This document shows, in pieces, positions 59,001 through 64,000 of a DNA stretch of 64,000 nucleotides. The position numbers and the translations under genes are program-made. This DNA comes from Cyanophora paradoxa CCMP329 (taxonomy: Eukaryota; Plantae; Glaucophyta): contig QPMI01000588.1 in NCBI GenBank assembly GCA_004431415.1, forward strand, positions 1 through 64,000, given 5' to 3'. Numbering within the stretch: position 1 is the first letter of the stretch; every line of letters begins with the position of its first letter. The notes beneath the pieces are model-generated. The model saw only the letters and a program-made list of their open reading frames with translations. It had not been told where the DNA came from and ran no database searches.

Positions 59001-62000
59001 GCGCCAGGAAGGCGAGGACAAGAACGCCGACGTGAACGTGACGGAGCGCCTCAAGACCGCCGGCGCAGGCGCGACCCGCCGCTGCGTCAACCTGCGTATT
59101 TTCCGCCGTGAATACTGGCGGGGCCTGCCGGAGAACCTCACCAAGGGAAAGGAGCCCGGGGTGGTCTACTCCGAGATCATGTCCCTCATCAAGGGCTCCA
59201 AGGTTTGTTGTGATTAATGCAGCCGATTCACCTGAGCGCTTAGCTCTTGGTCAACACTTCTGCGGCCGGCAGGACGCGGCGCTGAAGTACGGGGCTCCAG
59301 TCCCGCGCGCGGCATTTCTGGACGTGGACGCGGAGTACGCTTGGCAATCCGCGTTTCCTACGGCGCGACTGCGTTCCGAGGTCGGCGCATCGCTCGCGCT
59401 TAACTTGGTGTTTCCTTTCCCTTTCCCTCACTTTCCCCCGAGGTCTACGACCTCTTCGAGGCGTACGAGAAGCTCAAGAAGAAGCGGGGCGAATACGACC
59501 TCGCGGACGCCGTCCTGCACGCCCTGCGACAGCTGAGGGAGGGCCGCTACCACCCCTCCCCCCTCCAACGCGTGTACATCGATGAGGTGAGCGTTTCTAA
59601 ATCGAGTCGACGTCGTCGCGCTTTTGGGAGCTTTTTGGATAAATATTACGATTTCTGCTGCCGCGGCCGCGCCCTGAAATTAAATGCTGATGGCCCTCGC
59701 AGGTGCAGGACCTGAGCATAGCGCAGCTCATCCTCTTCGGCTTCGTGTGCCGCAAGATGGACGGCTTCTCCTTCGCCGGCGACACGGCGCAGACCATCGC
59801 CGGCTCCGGCTTCCGCTTCGAAGGCGAGCGCTGCCGAGGCGAAGCTGGATCGCCCATTTTTATTTAAAATATTTCGGCAGATGTCAAAGCGACCTTCTAC
59901 GAGCACACTCTGCCAATGCTCGCTCGTGAGGCGAAGAAACCAGTTCCTGCGGTTCCGCGTCTACACTTTCTGGGCACGAACTACCGGACCCATCGAGGCG
60001 TTCTGAACCTTTCCACGTCGCTGACGCTCGCAATCAAAGTGCGCACACCTTCACTTATCTTTGCGAACCGCGAATGACAGGTCGCGTTGCTTTTTCAGGT
60101 TCTCTTTCCACGTTCTATCGGTCAGCTTTCGCATTCGAAACCGTTGTAGACTCGACGGCCAGCGCTTACTTGAAGACTGTTCGCGCGCAGACGACGTGCC
60201 GACGGGTGTTGCTGCGGAGCGCTCGGAGCAGGAGGTCTCAATTCCGCTGCTCGTGCGCGGCCTCGACACGGCCGCCTTCGCCGCCTTCCTCGCTGCGACG
60301 GACTGGACCGCCGACCAGGTTCGAGAGAATTAATCCAGGCAGTTTTAATCCTGTGTTTCCGACTCGTTTTGTGAATGGATGCACGGGGCAGGTTGTGCTT
60401 GTGCGAGATGACGACAGCAAGGCGCGCTTGGAGGAGGCGTACAAGGTGGCACTACGGGAGAAGGAGACGTCGACGCGCAGGCAGCCCGATCAGTCGCAGA
60501 GGATGCCGCCGCAGAAGGCCATCGTCCTCACCGCGCTCGAGTCCAAGGGCCTTGAGTTCTGCGACACGCTCATCTTCGGCACGTCGTAGACCCGGATGTT
60601 CGTTCGCGATCACAACTGATTCGAATCGCGACAGATTTCGTGTCGGGGTGCATTCCCGAAGTCGCGCTGGCCTACAAGAAGCTCGACATCCTGTTGATGG
60701 AGGAGCGGAGTGATGCTCGCGCGGAGCGGAAACGGCTGTTCGATGCGCAGCGCGAGGCGTACGCTCCGCTCTGCTTCGAGCTGAAGCTCCTGTACGTCGC
60801 AATCACCCGCGCGAAAGGACAGGTTCGGAGGTTGCTTGCTTGTTGCTTGCGCAATCATTGAATTGAATTGTGCCATCAAAACTTGACTTGTGAGTTCCGA
60901 CAGGTCGTCGTTTTCGAATCGGCACAGGCGGCTGAGCCGCTCGTCAAGCTCTGGCAGAGCCCGCTGCACTGCAGGGAGAGCTGCGACGCCGCCGAGCTCA
61001 TCCGTATCTCTGCTCCGGGCGATGCGCAGACAGCCCTCGCCGCATCCAGGAAGGCCGGGGGCGGCCCATCCAGCTGGAGCGATCTCGGAGAGTGCGCACG
61101 TCTCGCGATCGCTTTCTTGACGGTCTCTCGTTATACATTTGCTGCGCAGGAAAATGCTCGAGCAGGAGCAGTACGAGGACGCCCTTCTCTGCTTCTCCAA
61201 CGCCAACGACGCGCCCGGCAAAGCTTGCGCCGAAGCGCACATCGCATACGACAAAGCCTCTCAGCTTGCGGGTGCGAGTTCGCGTGACTCTAAAAATATT
61301 TTCTCGCTTTACTCGCTTTGCAAATTGACTGTGATCCGCTGGAACAGCGGACGCTGAAAGCATCTCTGATCGTCGCGAGGCGCTGGCGGCGATTCTGCGG
61401 GCTGCAGATGCAGTGGCCAGGCCCCCATCCGGGAAGCTCAATATCGCACTTCGCTGGTGCTTCGTCGCCATCAGCTTCCTCCAGCGCTGGGGCGATCGCG
61501 AGAGTGACGGCGCGCCGTACCTCGCTATGGCCGGCTTCCTCGAGGCGCAAGGGAAGCGCCTGGAGGCGGCGGAGGCTCTCGCGGCGGGCGGCCTCCACGA
61601 GCTCGCCGTCGCCAAGTACCGCCAGGTCGGTTCCCCGGAGGCGATCGACAAGGCCCTGGAGCTGTGCCGCGAGCAGTTCAAGATCGGGGTGCGTGCGCAT
61701 GCGCAGGGCGATCGCGATGCCATCGCTGTTTCATGTGTCCTGTCGCATGCTCGACTAAAAGCCTTGCAGGGAGTGGCGAAACGGGATCTGCTTGTGCTGG
61801 CTGCAGAAATTCTGGAGGCGGAAGCTCGAAAATGCTTGGTGACCGCCACCGACGTCGGCATGCAACTGCAAGAGCGAGCGGATTGCGTTGTCCAGTGCGC
61901 GCAGCTCGTGGTGGACAAGGACAACGAGGACCCGGCCCATAGGGCGGTCGACACTGCGCGCTGGGCACTTGAGCTGGCGCGGGAGATGCACGTCGCCCTC

Positions 62001-64000
62001 GGCGCGGCGGAGAAGGCGCTGCTGCGGGCGGGCCTGCACAACGCCGACTTGCGCGACGTCGCAGCTTTATCTAGAGCGATGCAGAGTCTGCTTCATACCG
62101 CAGGCAACTTCGTTCAGCAGAAGTCGCTCCAGAAGGCGCAAGCGAATTTAGAGAAAACTCTTTACGATCTCAAGCTCAACACGCAGACCAGCAGAATGCG
62201 AGCAAGCTTAGGCGGCGACGTCAAGACCAGCCTGGATACGGCCATGGAAGAGCTCACTGGCTCCTTCGTCTACTTCAAGGGGCGCCTCCACGAGTCGCAG
62301 AACGTGGCGAATCTCGCCGAGGCGGAGAAGGAAGCGGCCCACAGGAGCGCAGTGGCGAGGAAGGAGGCCCGCGCGCTTGCAATGCGCTTCCTGCGCCTCG
62401 TCCAGCCGGAGGACAAGCAGGCGCAGGCGCTCGTCTCGGTCGGGTTTATCCCCGAGCTGATCGAGCTGGAGACGCGGCGGGGCAACCACAGGCGGGTTGC
62501 AGAGGTGTACATCGAGTTCTGCGCTGACTACCACCGCGCCGCCGAAGCCTACGCGTGCGTCGTATTTTAATAAGAAATAGAAAGCAGACTTTTCATTTGA
62601 CTTCTCCCTCCTCAGGCGAGGCAATCATTATTCGGAGGCGGCGGAGACGTTGCTTGAATTTGCACGGGCCGGATTTGACTTTCGGGGCTCGTGGGCGCAA
62701 GGAGCCCCGCAGCCGGCGGTCCGCGAGGCACTGCAGCAAGCCGCGGACCTCCTGCGCGCCAAAGACGCCGCGATCGGTTCGGGCATCGATGTTTGATTTC
62801 TAACATCCTTGATGGCTGTCCATGAATTATTTTCGCAGGCAAGGCGGCGATCCGCCTGCGCCTGATCCTTAACATCGTTTCCGGCCTCGTCGACGGCCTC
62901 GCCAGCGGCTGCAGCTGGAGCGAGCTCGCCGGGCGGGCGGTCACCCTCGGCCGGGCTGACCTTGCGCTCCTCTGCCGCCTTCGCGGGGCCTCCTCCTACT
63001 CGGACGCCAGTCTCTTGGAGGGCCGCAGTCCGGCGCTGCTCGACGAGTACTTCGGGTCAGCAGAGGCGGCCGTGCAGCAGCTTGTGCAGCTGCGGGACGG
63101 CGTTTGGAGGTACGGCTGCAGCGGCTCCCTCACGTCGGCGGCGATGGAGGCCAAGCGGCTGCTGCTCGCGCGCGACCACCCGCGCCGCCGCGGCGTCCTC
63201 GTCGTCCACGCCTTCGAATTCGCGGCCTCCGTCCTCTCGGCGAGCGAGGTGGAGGTCGTGGCGTGGGCCGCCGGCGCCCGCGCGCAGCTGGAGGCCGCCA
63301 TCGACGCCGTGCTGCCTCTGCTCGTGGACCGCCTCGTCGGCGAGCGGCAGCTCCAGCGCGCCGCCAAGGCCGCCCTGCTCCCCCGCACGCCCCGCTTCAC
63401 GGTTAGGGCCCTCGAAATACTGCTCACGGTGCGCTTTTGCGGACGTCCTTCCGATCTTTCGTAGCGAACAACGCGAAACTCGTGATTTTCGCAGGGCTCG
63501 ATGCCGGAGTTCCGCTTCCTCGAGCAGGTCCTGCAGCGCGACAAGGACGAGCGGACTAACCTCGTGTCCCCCGCGGAGAGAAGGGAGTACCTCGCGCGCT
63601 GCGCCGTGGCGCTCGCGGCGCAGCACCGCGCCAAAGTGGACGCGGAGGTGCACAAGGCGGCGCTGCACTTCGTCGAGCTGGCGGCGCCGTGCACGCCGGA
63701 GGACGCGGAGGCGGCGTTCAAGCAACGGCTGCCGGCCGCGGAGACGCGCACCGCGCTGCTCGAGCGCTGCGGGCTGCTGCCCGAGCTTATCGCCTTCGAG
63801 TGTGGGCGGGGCAACGCGACCCGCGCCGCCGAGGTCCACAAGTGGCGGCCCGACTTCCCCGCCGCCGCCGGCCTCTACCGGCGCGCCCCCGCCCCCGCCC
63901 CAGCCGCCCCCGCGCACGCTTCCGTGATTTTCGCACTCTGCAGGGACAAGAAGAAGGCCGCGGAAGCGCTCTTCCTCCACGTCCGCTCTTTCTTCTCCGC
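53043..64000 (+). CDS. Double SF1 helicase: DUF6469-like N-terminus + UPF1/SEN1-like helicase + UvrD-like TRANK1-type helicase + TPR-like tail (3' end beyond window)
   Basis: Helicase 1: LIHG|PPGTGKT, LVCAPTNVA, VVDEAAQ, LAGDPRQL, QYR|MHPEI, TVDGFQ|GGEKD, RRLNVAITRAK. Helicase 2: LLGRGGTGKST, YIDE|VQDL, FAGDTAQTI, NYRTH, ESKGLEF, ELKLLYVAITRAK. Putative exon 1 MADADEEDRFK 53043-53075 splices to 53912. Confidence 0.88.
53108..53270. repeat. 21-bp tandem repeat (nTTAGATCGGACCTAAAACGG) with 10-11-bp subunits, in helicase intron 1
   Basis: Units at 53174, 53195, 53216, 53237; preceded by CGGGCTAAA subrepeats. Confidence 0.85.

Noticed and set aside
3135-63980. Hundreds of long Arg/Pro/Gly/Ala-rich ORFs, many antisense or overlapping
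   Set aside because: Expected from very high GC and few stop codons. Real coding segments switch frame at splice sites; the rest are shadows.

Overview
Eukaryotic, very GC-rich, intron-dense genomic DNA with short introns and many GC-AG junctions. It is most likely from an alga: it carries an HCF107/Mbb1 homologue, an RWP-RK factor, a class II-like TPS and an SDG40-like SET protein (a glaucophyte is plausible but not proven). The raw ORF track is mostly uninformative, so gene models were spliced by eye. Genes in order: RWP-RK transcription factor (+), HCF107/Mbb1-like HAT protein (+), BAH + C5 DNA methyltransferase (-), HAD hydrolase (+), class II-like TPS/TPP (+), large 2-TM Cys-rich protein (-), a gene of nine ~82-aa Cys domains each built from a small-exon cassette (+), SDG40-like SET protein (-), DDI1 (+), and a double-helicase TRANK1-like gene (+, runs off the window). 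Mobile DNA: two TA-flanked MITE families, a tRNA-derived SINE with TSD, a complete 6.3-kb gag-only LTR element with 5-bp TSD, and an older solo LTR. The most striking observation is a stereotyped mutation. Where two copies of a repeat can be compared, the diverged copy repeatedly carries 6-nt insertions that turn a 3-mer XYZ into XYZ-revcomp(XYZ)-XYZ, and the non-coding DNA is saturated with such 9-mers.
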